Notes: a model not told the origin generated them from the sequence alone. A stretch of DNA of 64,000 bases from Octopus sinensis (GCF_006345805.1 NC_043002.1:42284001-42348000); one strand, 5' to 3'. Shown: positions 1 through 13,273, counted from the first letter of the stretch. Made by a program: numbers and translations.

Positions 1-1156
1 TTAAGACTTTTTCAACTAAGAGTAAAATAAGAAAAACAATTAAATTGGAATAGATCTTTGAATAGGTAAATATTTTCATAGTCTGTCTGTCTCTCCCTCT
101 CTATTCCTTTGTGGAAAAATGCCTCTGTGTGTGTGTGTATGTGCGTGTAACATGTATATGAGACTAAAACACCCCGCAGACTGCAATGGTCAATAAAATG
201 GAAATAAAATTTTTTAAACTGTTCTTTCTCTGTGGCCTCCAACCAAATGATCGCAGCCCCGTGGTTGGGGAAGCCTGGTTTATGGAATTTAATAAGGAAT
301 CTGAGGAAAGTTCAAATGATCTGTGCTTGTAATAATTAGTCCTTGGAAAATAAGTTCAGCTTCGGTAAGGAGAGAAGAATCTAACATTTTAAAGGGTCCT
401 TACATTTAGTCTAAGATTGAAGACAATATTAACAGAGGTGTTGTTTGAATGAAAGCCGATAATCTTTTAATCACACTTCTCTCTTGAAAATGTCTTCTGC
501 CTCGTCAAAAGAAATTCATCGACGTGAATGAAATGAAAATTGTATGAGAAAAAGTCAAGGAAGAAGGAAGAATGAAAGAGAGTGAGAGAGAGAGTAAGTG
601 AGTGAGTGAGTAAGTGAGTGATGAGGGAGAGAACAGAAGAAAAGAGAAGCGGGTAGACAAACAAAATATTAGGTTATTAGTGCAGCGCAAAAGACGTAAA
701 AGCTACTTTTTCGCTGAATGATAACGACCTTGAAAGAAGGAAACAGAAAGAAAAAAATAATAAGTTACGTGTGGTATTTAATTGGTTGCAGGGTGGGGTT
801 AAAGGGGGTGGAAAAACTTATAAATAGTCTAACAGAAAACAGATGAGATATGAAGTAAAAATAGACAGAATGTTTAATTGTTAGCAGAGGTAGCCATTGA
901 TGTTACAGATGTTTTATATCGTTGGGGACAGATGACGGCTTGTTAAACTAACGTTGTCATGAGATTTTAAACACAAAGTGGCCAAATCTAAAACCACACA
1001 CAAAAAGAAAAAATATAATAAAAGAATACTTTATTCAGGATTAAATTATAAATAAATCTGAGTGAATGCCTTGACACTCCCTACCTCTACACACATTTGA
1101 GGTTTAAGTATGTGTGTGTAAGTATATATCTACACATAAATATAAATACACACAAA

Positions 1157-1228
<72 letters not shown>

Positions 1229-1660
1229 CACTAACACACTTATGGGGATTCAAACAAGAAAAGTTGTTATGTCAAAGAGTGTACTTATTCCAGAATTGTC
1301 ATCAACACCGAAGTTATTGTCCGTCCGTTCGGGTAACAAAGCAAGAACTCGAAGTAGCAAAGAGTGAATGATGGGTTCTTGAACAAATGAATAAACTACT
1401 GTATAACACTCTTTCATTTAAACACCATCGTCTCACACACACACACATGATTAATAAAAAAAACGGAGAAAAAAGACAAGAAGGAAAGAAAGAGTGGTTG
1501 TTTTACGTTTCTTCGGAAACAGGAGACATAACAAAGTCCAAAAGAAAAGGAAGGAGAAATATATATATATCTTACTCTTACTTGTTACTCTTACTTATAT
1601 ATATATATATATATATATGTACATATATATATTTATATATTTATATATTTATATATATAT

Positions 1661-1699
<39 letters not shown>

Positions 1700-1701
1700 T
1701 A

Positions 1702-1900
1702 CTCTCTTACTTGTTTCAGTCATTTGACTGTGGCCATGCTGGAGCACCGCCTTTAGTCGAACAAATCGACCCCAGGACTTATTCTTTGTAAGCCTAGCAC
1801 TTATTCTATCGGTCCCTTTCGCCGAACCGCTAAGTTACGGGGACGTAAACACACCACCATCGGCTGTCAAGCGATGGTGGGGGGACAAACACAGACACAC
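1702..1900 (-). mobile_element. SINE family A (tRNA/CORE-type with internal microsatellite), 3' half
   Basis: Reverse complement of the tail ...GGCGGTGCTCCAGCATGGCCGCAGTCAAATGACTGAAACAAGTAA shared with full copies at 4345 and 31197; runs into (CATA)n/(TA)n. Confidence 0.8.
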
Positions 1901-1937
1901 AAACATACATACATCATACATACATACATACATACAC

Positions 1938-1970
<33 letters not shown>

Positions 1971-2021
1971 CATACATACATACATACATACATACTTACA
2001 TATATACATATATATATATAC

Positions 2022-2118
<97 letters not shown>

Positions 2119-2119
<1 letters not shown>

Positions 2120-2283
2120 GGCGCAGGAGTGGCTGTGTGGTAGTAGCTTGCTTATCAACCACATGGTTCCGGGTTCAGTCCCACTGCGTGGCACCTTGGG
2201 CAAGTGTCTTCTACTATAGCCTCAGGCCGACCAAAGCCTTGTGAAATGATTTGGTAGGCGGAAACGGAAAGAAGCCTGTCGTA
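2119..2283 (+). mobile_element. SINE family A, tRNA-like head plus CORE-like box
   Basis: GGCGCAGGAGTGGCTGTGTGG (A box-like), GGTTCAGTCCC (B box-like) and ACCTTGGGCAAGTGTCTT (CORE-like). Confidence 0.8.
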
Positions 2284-2290
2284 TATATTT

Positions 2291-3072
2291 TAGACATTTC
2301 CAGATATTTCTTAATCTAGTTATATGGTAGACTATCAAAAGCTTTTATGTAGTCTATCCAGGCTATAGACAAGTTTTTGTGTCGTTTGTGACAATCTTCC
2401 AAGATCATCTTATTGATGAGAAGCTGATCTTTACAACCATAGGACTTACGTTTACACCCTTTTTGCTCTTTCGGGAATATGCCACTTTCTGTTAAAAAAC
2501 TATAGGCATATTCAGTCAAGACAGATATTAGTATTTTATACATTGTTGTTAAGCATGTTATGGGTCTATATTTTGGGGTTCATTTGTTTCTTCATTTTTT
2601 GAAGTAGGAATGTTACACCATTAACTAGCCAAGAGGGAATCATACTAGGTTGTTGCAAAACATTGTTGTATTGTTTTTTTAGCAGTTCATAGCTCTCTGT
2701 GAAGGCATTCAACCAGAAGTTAGAATTCTAACCTTTCCTGGAATCTTCCATTTGCTTGACTTCCTGAGAGCAGATCTTACATCCTCTACCTTGATACCCT
2801 CCCACTTTTGCTCTTCTAAGGAGTCTAAGTCTGTAGATATTCTACCAATCCAAGGGGCCTTTTCATTGTGTATTTTTTCTTCTGCCCAAATTTTATTCCA
2901 AAATTCCTGCACTTCTTTTGATAGGACAGACTTTACTGTAACTGGTATTTTCCCTATCTTCCTTTAAAACTTTTTGGGGTTATTTTTGAACATGTTGTCT
3001 TTGAAGAATTTAACTCGCTTTTCATACCTTGCTATGCGAGCAGCTTTAGCACATATCTTTAGCTTGATAGTT
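2291..3072 (-). mobile_element. R4/Dong-type non-LTR retrotransposon RT fragment (decayed)
   Basis: ORFs 2316-2543 (EQKGCKRKSYGCKDQLLINKMILED...AWIDYIKAFDS) and 2709-2912 (FWNKIW...KWKIPG) carry RT motifs matching the copy at 23.3-23.6 kb. Confidence 0.85.
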
Positions 3073-3084
3073 TCTATGGTGGTA

Positions 3085-3300
3085 TCGATGTCAAATATGG
3101 TTTTTTAAAACATTCTATGTCAGACCACATAGAACTAAAAAAAAAAGACCCACTGCGAAATCGCTTAAACCATTTTCGAACTGGCCACTCACTGGTCATT
3201 TCTTCACCAAACGTTTCGTTGATATCGAGAGTGGTTTCAGCTCCTTTACGCCTGTTTCTGAAGTTGAATAGCAAAATTACTCGAATGTCGTGCTTTGACA
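3085..3300 (-). mobile_element. Mariner transposase N-terminal HTH fragment
   Basis: IRVILLFNFRNRRKGAETTLDINETFGEEMTSEWPVRKWFKRFRSG resembles the mariner/SETMAR first HTH; no catalytic domain present. Confidence 0.75.
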
Positions 3301-3496
3301 GTTCTGTTTCTGATAGTTGTAACAACGGTGAAAAAATATCAATGTTAATTTATTGATGCATTTGGGTAAGTCTGTGTCTGTATTATCAGACAATTACAAA
3401 CATAAATATATATATATAATTCCTCTATTTACATAATATTGAGGTCTCTTTCTTTCTTTTGTTATCTTTCCGTTTTTACTAACAATATGTGTAATG

Positions 3497-3527
<31 letters not shown>

Positions 3528-3611
3528 CTATATAATTATATATATGATGTGTGTGTGTGTTGTGTGTGTGTATATAATATATATATATATATATAATATA
3601 TATATATATAT

Positions 3612-3732
3612 ATCACCGTGATCACCGTGACCGACCAGGCTATCAGATGTTGCTACACGTCGCTGGTCACAATGCGCTTCGCATTGTTTTAGCCTTCAAA
3701 TGACGCCACCCCGCTGGCTAAGCGAGCAGGCC
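3612..3732 (-). repeat. Structured interspersed repeat fragment (probable retroposon 3' end)
   Basis: GC/CpG-rich island between (TA)n runs with ATCACCGTG tandem end and an ACAATGCG...CGCATTGT hairpin; family and strand uncertain. Confidence 0.4.
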
Positions 3733-4344
3733 TATATATATATATATATATATATACACCCGCGCACGAAAGTGAAAGGAACGGAAGGAAATAAACGCTT
3801 GCTTTCATAGAAACATAGGAAGGAAGGAATGTGAAAAATATATAGATATTGCACTTGAAAAAAAACTAACATTGGTACAATAGACGAATTAGTGTTTAAC
3901 ATACTTAACCCCAGGAAACAACGATGAAAGTTGACTCGAAATAATAATACCGCGAAGTGAAAGGGAAAAAACAAAACAATATTTATTAATCATCGACAAA
4001 TGTTATTTTAACTGTCAATGTTCGTTTTAATTGTTGAGCGGAAATTCCGGAGATATTCCTGTGTCATCACTCTAAGAGCGAAACGTCGAAACCAGCTTTA
4101 CTACATAGGCGCAGGCATCTCTGTGTAGGTTAAGAAGTTTGCATTTTAGGCACATAACTTTTGAGTTCAGTTCCACTTACCTTGGGTTAGTGTTTTCTCT
4201 TCTATTATACACCAATGTCTTGTGAGTGGAGTTGGTTGACAGAAACTGTTACATCCTTTCATATATGTGTGTGTGTGTGTGTGCGCGCGCATATACATAT
4301 ATACATACTAAATATATATATATGCCGATGCGCTATAATTAATA

Positions 4345-4730
4345 GGCGCAGGGGTGACTGTGTGGTAAGTAGCCTGCTTACCAACCACACGGTTCCGGGT
4401 TCAGTCGCACTGCGTGGCACCTTGGGAAAGTGTCTTCTACTATAGCCTCGGGCCGACCAAAGCCTTGTGAGTGGATTTGGTAGACGGAAACTGAAAGAAG
4501 CCTGTCGTATATACATATATATATATATATGTATATATGTGTGTGTTTGTGTGTCTGTGTTTGTTTCCCCAACATCGCTGGTATGTTTACGTCCCCGTTA
4601 CTTAGCGGTTCGGCAAAAGAGGCCGATAGAATAAGTACTAGGCTTACAAAGAATAAGACCTGGGGTCGATCTGCTCGACTAAAAGGCGGTGCTCCAGCAT
4701 GGCCGCAGTCAAATGACTGAAAGAAGTAAA
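4345..4730 (+). mobile_element. SINE family A, full length
   Basis: tRNA-like head, CORE-like box, internal (TA)/(TG) microsatellite, conserved tail, A-rich end. Confidence 0.85.
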
Positions 4731-5783
4731 AAAAAAAAGAGAAAAAAGAGAGAAAGATACCTATAAACAGGGTAAATTTAATTATTGAGAAAAATGAACA
4801 CCTTTAATCGATTTTTGAACATTATTGGATTTTTATCAGAGGTGTCTACATCAATTTGACCAATCCCAGAGAAACAAGTAGGCAATCTACCTATATAGTC
4901 AATAAATCCAGTAGCTATATATAGTCCTTTTCATTTTGGGAATTCAGAATCTCATACTCGTTGGTATTTCTGTTACTTTTAGGGGAAATGTATCTACATT
5001 TGTGTGTCCTTGTGTTTGTGTTTGTCCCCAATACCATTTGACGATCGCTGATGGTTTGTTTACGACTCCGTGGTCTAGCGGTTTACCAAAAGAGAACGAT
5101 AGAATATGTACCGGAGTTATAAAAAAAATAAGTACTGTGGCTGATTTATTCGACTACACGCTTCAAGGCGTTGCCCCAGTAAGGCCGCAATAGAATGACT
5201 GAAACAAGTATAAAAAAAAAAAAGATAGAAGACAGATACTTGCTAAAGTTGTGAAAAGAGAATGTTGAAGAATATGTGCATTCTTTGATATACTAAATGA
5301 GAGCTGTTTTGAGATAAGAGTACAGCTGTCGTACAGAAGTTCCTAAACATTGTTTGTCGTTTAAATCACTGACTTTTTTTTCTTTTTTTTTTTTTGATAA
5401 TAAAGTTTCTCCCATCTGTTTTGTTTTGTAACTTGAGTTTATACTTGTACCATTATAAAACAACCGACAAAGAAGAAATTTTTTAAAGGAAACTCTTTTT
5501 AAACATTATTATTTTAAGTTCAAATGACAATAAAAATAATACATAACAATGTTACTTCACATATTTATGAACTAATGACGAACACATCTGAACACAGTCT
5601 TCGGAATTAGACTAAGCCAGTAGCAACATAATAGTTAAAAATCTACACAATCCAGATCGTTAGTTCCTAAGTAATAAAAAAGAAAGTTAATGTTTCTTCA
5701 CAAAGCTGGCCTACTTCAAAGTTTCTGCAGATTTTTTTTAAAATTTAAAATTGAATATACAATACATACACATACATGCATGT

Positions 5784-6090
5784 GAAGGCGCAATGGCCCA
5801 GTGGTTAGGGCAGCGGACTCACGGTCGGAGGATCGCGGTTTCGATTCCCAGACCGGCCGCTGTGTGTGTTTATTGAGCGAAAACACCTAACAGCTCCACG
5901 AAGCTCCGGCAGGGAGTGGTGGCGACCCTTGTTGTACTCTTTCGCCCCAAATTTCTCTCACTCTCTCTTCCTGTTTCTTGAGTAACGCTGCGATGGACTG
6001 GCGCCCCGTCCAGCTGGGGGGGAACGCATACGCCACAGAAACCGGGAAACCGGGCCCGTAAGCCTGGCTAGGCTTGAAAGGGGCACAGGA
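5784..6090 (+). mobile_element. tRNA-derived SINE with V-domain-like core (family B)
   Basis: A box TGGCCCAGTGG, B box GTTTCGATTCC, motif CTGCGATGGACTGGCGCCCCGTCCAG resembling the V-SINE domain; sister copies at 27565 and 44229. Confidence 0.8.
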
Positions 6091-6204
6091 AAAGAAAAAA
6101 AGACATACATGCATTGTATGTATGTATGTATGTATGTATGTATGTATGTATGCATGCATACACACACACACACACATACATACATGCATACATACATACA
6201 TACA

Positions 6205-8453
6205 TAAATGATGAATGCCCCCTCGTTATTGAGGATGGCCATTGCACTAGGCTTAACTGTTAACGGTGCTGTGATCGAACGTAACTTTTTAGCCCAGCTA
6301 AAGATCTACAATGTCTTGTACAGAATTGGTAGCTAAAACCTTTACAGCCGGCAGCAATAGCCGGCTGTAGTTGTAACTGGGCTTCATGTACCTTTGCATG
6401 TCGTTTAAGTCTTCCCGCTGAATTACACCCCCTCCCACATGCCCGACAGATATGATTAGTATGGTATGTAACACCACCAGCGGCCTGGTTGTCAATCATC
6501 GCTCTCACTTTATGACTACAAAGATGACTCTTGAGTCCAGCTTTACCGAGGCAGAATCTCGCACAGACACTGCATCATCATAGGAAGACCCTTACCATCT
6601 GGAAGTGCGACAGCGATGCCCTTCCTGACATCCCTCCTTACTTACTCATGCACAACTTGAGATTTCTCAAAAGTAGCTGTCCCTTCGTACACAATCCTTC
6701 TCCACCTGCTACGGTCAATAGCTATGCCCTCCCATGTGCCAGGAGAGGTGTTTACATCTGTTAAGAAAGCCTTCAGCAAGTCTTTATACCTCTTTTTTGG
6801 TTTATGTGGAGGTCGTTCTCCTTTAGCTAACTCTCCATAAAAGAGTTGTTTTGGCATCCTTGAATCTTTCATCCTGACCAGATGACCACTCCATCTGAGC
6901 CTTTGCTTCAACACAAGAGCTTCTATACTTTCACACCGAGAGCTTTCCAATATCTCAAGATCACTGATGCGGTCCTCCCACTTAATGCCATAGATCCGTC
7001 TGAGATACATCTGATGGAAACGTTCCAGTTGTTTAAGGTGGTATCGATATGTGACCCACGTCTCGTAGGCATAAATACCTTATATACCTTTATCTTTGTC
7101 CTCCTGCATGTGTCTCGCCGACTCTAGCGGTGCCTTTCTAGCCTTCCGAAAGCATCACTTGCTTTTCTAATTCTTTATAGAATTTCATTATCCAAATTGC
7201 TATATCTATTAACAGTGCTTCCCAGATAGACAAACTATAGTTCACTATACTGCTTACCATGGGCAGGTTGGTACATGACAACAGTTTTCTCGAGACTGAC
7301 TGTCAACCCTAAGGCAGTGCAAGCATCAGGGGATACATTCAAAATGTGTTGCATATCAATCTCTGTATGTGCTACTAGATCACAATCATCTGCATACAAA
7401 AGGTCTCTTATGATAGAGGTAAATACCTTTGTTTTTGCAGCAAAGCTCCTGATATTAAATATGCTGCCATGTCTGCAGTTTCTGAACGCAATACAGAAAA
7501 CCATCGCAAAATATATGGCAAATAGGGTCGGTGCCAGAATATTCCCCTGTTTCACTCCATTTTATATTGAGATAGGCTCCGACATTTTACCTCTAACATT
7601 AACCCTATCCTTCATGTCTTCGTGAAAAGACCTAACCAAAGCAAGGAACTTTTCAGGACAACCAAGTTTCTGGAGGACTTTCCACGGTGCATTTCTATTA
7701 ACGGTATCAAAGGCTTTTGTCAGATCGATAAAAACCTGATATAAATCCAGATCCTGTTCCACACACTTCTCCTGAAGCTGTCTAGCTGAAAAGATCACGA
7801 GCTGTGCCGCGTCCCACACGAAAGCCAGATTGACTTTCTGGAAGAACACAATCTGCAACGTGTTTCAGCAGACGATCCAGAAGTATCCTGCATAAAACCT
7901 TTCTTACGACAGAAAGCAATGATATTTCCCTATAGTTGCAACATCATTCCTGTTGCCATTTCCCTTATATAAGACTACTATTACTGTATCTCTCCAGTCC
8001 TCAGGTACAAATTCACTAGCCCATATCTTACCAAACAAAGAGTGAAGTTGCTGCAGAAGTTTTTCACCACCATACTGTAACAACTCCGCATGTATGCCAT
8101 CCATGCCCGGAGACTTCTCATTATTCATCCTTGAGTTACCTATGCAACACCTCTCTCTCCTCTGGCTTTGCTGACAAAGTACGTCTTTTATCAGCCAATA
8201 AATCATCTATATTTTTTTTCTTGTTTCAGTCATTGGACTGCGGCCATGCTGGAGCACCGCTTTAGTCGAGCAAATCGACACCAGACTTTATTCTTTCTTT
8301 GTAAGCCCAGTACTTATTCTATCGGTCCTATTTTGCCGAACCGCTAAGTGACGGGGACGTAAACACACCGGCAATCAGTTGTCAAGCACTGCTAGGGAGC
8401 ACAAAACACCGACCACACAAACTACACCACACACACAACACACAACACACACA

Positions 8454-8499
<46 letters not shown>

Positions 8500-9440
8500 C
8501 ACATATATATATATATAATAATATTATTATATATATATATATATACATATATACGACAGGCTTCTTTCAGTTTCCGTCTACCAAATCCACTCACAAGGCA
8601 TTGGTCGGCCCGGGGCTATATCAGAAGACACTTGCCCAAGATGCCACGCAGTGCGACTGAACCCGGAACCATGTGGTTGGTAAGCAAGCTACTTACCACA
8701 CAACCAATTTTGATGCTTTCTTTGTATCAATCCCAGAACTTTCCTGCCTATATCATAAACTGACTTTTTAAGAGTCGGCAAATCCTCCCCGATATCTGCA
8801 ACATTCATTTCCTCTCGTAAAGTTCTCTTCATACTATTACACCTAAGACGATCAACATTCAGTCTTTTAGGCTGGGCAATACCTGCAGCCCGAATTTTAC
8901 GTTTTGTGATTAATTTCACTTTTGCACGTACTAGGCGGTGCAAAAGAACACCTAGTACGAAGAACACGAACACACTGCACATCTCGTCTGTCACGCACCC
9001 TAACAAGGATGTAATCCAGAATATGCCATTCTTTAGATGCAGGGTGCATCCATGTGGTATTAAACTTATTCTTTTGTTGAAACATGGTATTGGTAACACA
9101 CAGACGCAGCTCATCTCACATCTGCAGCAAAAGCATACCTTTACTATTACACTTTCCCACCCCATGCTTTCCAATTACAGTCCATGTGTTAAAATTCCTA
9201 CCCACTCTAGCATTAAAGTCATCCAGTACGATGACTTTGTTTGCCCGAGGGATGTTTCTTATAATGCCCTTCAAAGCATGGTAGAAAGAAACTTTTTCGT
9301 CATCAGTAGAGCACGTAGTTGGAGCATACACACTCACCAATATAGATATATGTTGGTAAACAAGGCTACCATTGGTTTCTTGCCAATAAGTCTCTGCAAT
9401 TATCAAGCTAGCCAAATGTGGAGTTGGTACTCGTCTCCAT
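6205..9440 (-). mobile_element. RTE/BovB-type LINE (APE endonuclease + RT + C-terminal C2H2 fingers), frameshifted and split by a SINE
   Basis: APE motifs SVYAPT, DFNARVG and WMHP..WHILDY (8897-9415); RT motifs [36 protein letters not shown]; RLRWSGHLVRMKDSRMPKQLFYGEL; zinc fingers at 6263-6574. Confidence 0.92.
8215..8705 (-). mobile_element. SINE family A, full length, inserted in the RTE LINE
   Basis: Reverse complement of head/CORE/microsatellite/tail; LINE sequence continues on both sides. Confidence 0.85.
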
Positions 9441-9635
9441 CCTAGATATATACCATGTGGCTGGTAAGCAAGCTACTTACCACACACACACACACACATA
9501 CACACACACATATACATATATATAGCGCAGGAGTGGCTGTGTGGTGTGAAACTTGCTTCCCAACCATATGGTTCCGGGTTCAGTCCCAGCATGGCCGCAG
9601 TCGAATGACTGAAATAAATAAATGACTAAATGACA

Positions 9636-9668
9636 TGTATGTATGTTATATATGTGTGTATGTATGTT

Positions 9669-9700
<32 letters not shown>

Positions 9701-9776
9701 TGTATGTATGTATGTATGTATGTATGTATGTATGTATGTATGTATGTATGTATGTATGTATGTATGTATGTATGTT
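9636..9776. repeat. (TATG)n microsatellite
   Basis: Direct reading. Confidence 0.95.
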
Positions 9777-9800
9777 TGTAAGTTTTAACTTTAATATGCA

Positions 9801-9922
9801 AAGATGGATTGAACAGGCTTTATTACAATTCCCTACAAATGTTTCAACGCATCATCATCAGCTGCTAACAATGTGTCGAAGCAATTGTATTGATTGGTAA
9901 TAAAGCCTGTTCAATCCATCTT
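9801..9922. repeat. Perfect 26-bp inverted repeat enclosing hammerhead-like relics (Penelope-type termini)
   Basis: AAGATGGATTGAACAGGCTTTATTAC (9801-9826) is the exact reverse complement of 9897-9922; the spacer has CTGATGA...GAAAC on the minus strand. Confidence 0.75.
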
Positions 9923-10136
9923 CTCGGATGAAATTTTTTTTTCATATTCTGCGGATATTTACAGATTTCCACATGTATATCGAGTAACAGAAATGCTACT
10001 GTCTGATAACATTTGGTAGCCGATATCCGGAGAGGAGCTTTGAATAGCACACTATAAGATTGTTATCCAGATTATATTAAATTCACACAAAAACACACAC
10101 ACACACAATACACTCACACGCACACACACCTATGCA

Positions 10137-10546
10137 CGAGCTGGCTGAAAGTTACAAAAGTGACCGAAAGGCTGAGAGTTTCGTTCATAACCATTTACCA
10201 AACTTTTATAAGTGCTATGCTCCTAAATTCAGTTGCCCACTTTTGAATTGTTGATGAAGCTGAAGCGTTATCCCCTAATATAGCAGCCATATCAATAATG
10301 AATGTCCTTGGGGGCTAAACCCTTTTACTGCTGATACTGATAACACCACGATGCTAAATTTTTTGTCTGTTTTCAAGAGAAGTCGCAAACTTGGTACTTT
10401 TGAAATCTTTGAACCGCCAGATGTCAGTTTACCCAGAAAGAAACAATGCGGCTTTTAATAAGAATTGAAATTGATACATGCAAGATTTCACAGTTCTAGC
10501 ATCACTCCTTCATAGTCGGCTTATGAACTTTTTCAGCCCACCCTCG
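10137..10546. mobile_element. Mariner-type MITE (decayed TIRs)
   Basis: Left CGAGCTGGCTGAAAGTT.. versus right ..GAACTTTTTCAGCCCACCCTCG. Confidence 0.5.
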
Positions 10547-11423
10547 CATGTCAGTCAGTAAATAAAAAAAAAATTAATCATATTTATTTTTGCATTACTT
10601 TCAGTACGAGTTTGTGGGTTCCATCAGGTTTTCTTTTTCTTTTTTTTTTTTTTTTTTTTTTTTTGTATAGAATTATATCGTCTATTTTCTACCGCCGATT
10701 TTCCGGGATTCTTGCTCCCAGACATGTATCGGATTATCCGTTTTGCCAGACTAACAGAGATCACACAGTAATAATTCACAGACAATTCCTACGAGATTGC
10801 CGTTACATAATTAATAATTTTTTCATTACCAAACATTTACGGCATTCCATTGTTCATTTAACAGAAATTCATTTTGAACACAGAAATCCTCTCTTTATTC
10901 CACACCTATACATATATGAAGGTATAAATGTTTCAAACTAAATCTTATGTCACATACCTGACCTCCTAGCCCTTGGACACACCTTTCTATGACCTTGTCT
11001 TGAAATGTAACCTGTACGTTGTGTATTTATCTTTTCCACTTTCATGCTAGGCGCAGTGAAAGCAGAATTGTGTGAGAGAGAGAGGGGGGAAGAGAGAGAG
11101 GAGAGAGAGGAGAGAGAAAGGGGGAGGGAAAGAGAGAGAGGAGAGAGAGGGGGAGAGAGAGAGAATCTTCAAGATGTTAGCACGTGACGTTAAATTCAGT
11201 TTTAAACATGTAGGCCTTCATATTATTATAGTTGAGTAGTTTCCGCTTTGATAATATGCTCCTTATGGAATAAACACAGGTGTATCGAGAAAGTCTAGTC
11301 ACGAAAATGTTAGTAACATGCTGATGGCCTCCTGGGAATTTATAGAATTCAGTCGTAATTTCCAGACCTTCTAATAATATAATCTCCAGTATCTCTAAAG
11401 GATTGATCAGAAAAAAAACTTTT

Positions 11424-11797
11424 GGATCTTTTCGGTTTGAACGGCAGTTTTTAACATAATTTCTAGGTAACTAAAAAATTTTAAACTTCGTATACTGGTA
11501 GAATGTGTTTATAAAACATCTTTTTCTCTTGGCTTTATTGAGAAAATTCTATAGTTTGTAAGATATTTGTTGTTTTTTTTTTCTTCAATTTCTGCAATTT
11601 CAACCAATCAGTGACGTCTATTGAGTTAAAAAGCATTCTGTGCCGTATGAATATGTCCCACGTTTAAGAAACAAATTGGGTTTATTTACATTTGTGAAGA
11701 AAAAAAGATACCCTTCCCCCCACCCTAAAACAGATTGAAATGCAATAAGATCGATACTAGGGTCATAATTATGGGTCATAATTATGGGTGACAATTT
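11424..11797 (+). mobile_element. Non-autonomous interspersed repeat (probable DNA-transposon derivative)
   Basis: Starts GGATCTTTTCGGTTTGAACGG; an internally deleted copy of the same sequence lies at 29833-29950. Confidence 0.6.
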
Positions 11798-11829
11798 GAA
11801 AAGGGAAAGCACAGTCTTTGTTGTTGTGC

Positions 11830-13210
11830 ATGTTTAGTAAAAGTATGTGCAAGTGTATCTAGCCAGACAATGCAACTCCTCTACTACTCCTGGTTACTCT
11901 GTCGGCAAGAGGTGTGCTGCTGTTAGATGGTATATTATGTGTCTGAGTAGATTGGATGGAGAAAAAGAGGATTGTTATTGATAAGAAAGACATTCGACAG
12001 AAGCCTGTTTAAGTCGATCTACGCGGACGGTCTCCTGTCTTCCTCGAATGTCCAAAACCATGTGCTCAGGTTTAGATTTTAACACCCAGTGCGGGCTAGA
12101 ACAAACTGTCTGTAAGATATGTTTGACTGCATCGTTGTGTGTAAAAACAGGAGTCCAAGTATTGATGTCGGATGAAATGAAAGTTTTAATCGACCGTGGT
12201 CTCGTTGTTAACGGAAATAACTCTGTCATGTAATTTCGCAACCGATGAATATAGTTGGTCAGATTATATTGTCGAACAGATGTAGTGGCAGCTAGTATCA
12301 TTTCACCAAGCAGTGTAAGTGGTTAACCATAAAGTAATTTTGTCGGGGAGTATCCTAGGTCCTCCTTAACAGTGGAACGAAGACCCAATAATGCGATCAG
12401 TAAAACTGCTAACCATCTATCTGAATCCAATAGTGCTCGTGAAGCTGCTTTAAGCGGTCAATGAAAACGTTCTATCATACCATTTGACATGGGGTGGTAA
12501 GCTGTAGTACAAATTCGATGCGTACCTAGCAGGTTAGATAGGTCGGCAAAATGACTGGACTCAGACGACTCCACTCGGTCGTTGTTGTTAAAGGAGTACA
12601 AGCACATGAAAACCATTCGACAATTAGGGCCTTTGCAATAGTAAGGGAGGAAATGTTCTTAATCGGTATGGCTTAATGCCATCTGGAAAAACGATCTATG
12701 CAGGTCAAAAGATACATTTCATCTTGGACTGTCGGTAAAAGCCTTGCGATATCTACGTGGATATGTTTAAAACAAGCATCAGGAGTAGTAAAGGCGCTTA
12801 AAGGTTTTTCGATGTGACTCTGAATCTCAGCTTTTTGGCAAGATATACTTCGGTGTGCCCAGATAGGAATGTCCTTTTGCATAGCAGGCCAAGCAAAACG
12901 ATTTGAAATTAATTTCACCGTTGCCGAAATCCCTGGACGAGATAAATCATGGAGAGCGGAGAAAAAAAAAAGCCTATCCATGACTCTCTGAGGGTGTACG
13001 GTCAAGAAAAATCCAGTAGAGACATCACACCATGTAAGTGAGTCAGCAGAGTACAATGGTAATAATGAAAATCTAAAGAAAATTATTCTAATGTTCGAAA
13101 TTGTAGTAACTCTTCATCGTCCGTTTGGCCCATTGCAATCTGTTGCAGGTCAATAGTAAAGGCAGAAGGAAAAGCATTGACATAGACACAAGATAAGATG
13201 TCTACTGCAG
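11830..13210 (-). mobile_element. Gypsy LTR retrotransposon integrase relic
   Basis: LHDLSRPGISATVKLISNRFAWP..CQK (zinc-binding region), HIHVDIA..YLLTCIDRFSRW, RTTAYHPMSNGMIERFH, ETVRVDRLK; stops and frameshifts. Confidence 0.88.
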
Positions 13211-13273
13211 AATTATCGGCATCCTTGCTCGAATTAATATATAACGAAGATGTTTTAGCTCGGTGTCACTGCT

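Noticed and set aside
3074-3325. SETMAR-like host gene
   Set aside because: Only a decayed mariner HTH fragment; no SET or catalytic domain
5784-5860. tRNA gene (also other SINE heads)
   Set aside because: A/B boxes are present but run into SINE bodies; no clear acceptor stem or terminator
6260-6574. Host C2H2 zinc-finger gene
   Set aside because: Contiguous with LINE ORF2 and its 3' tail; no TGEKP linkers
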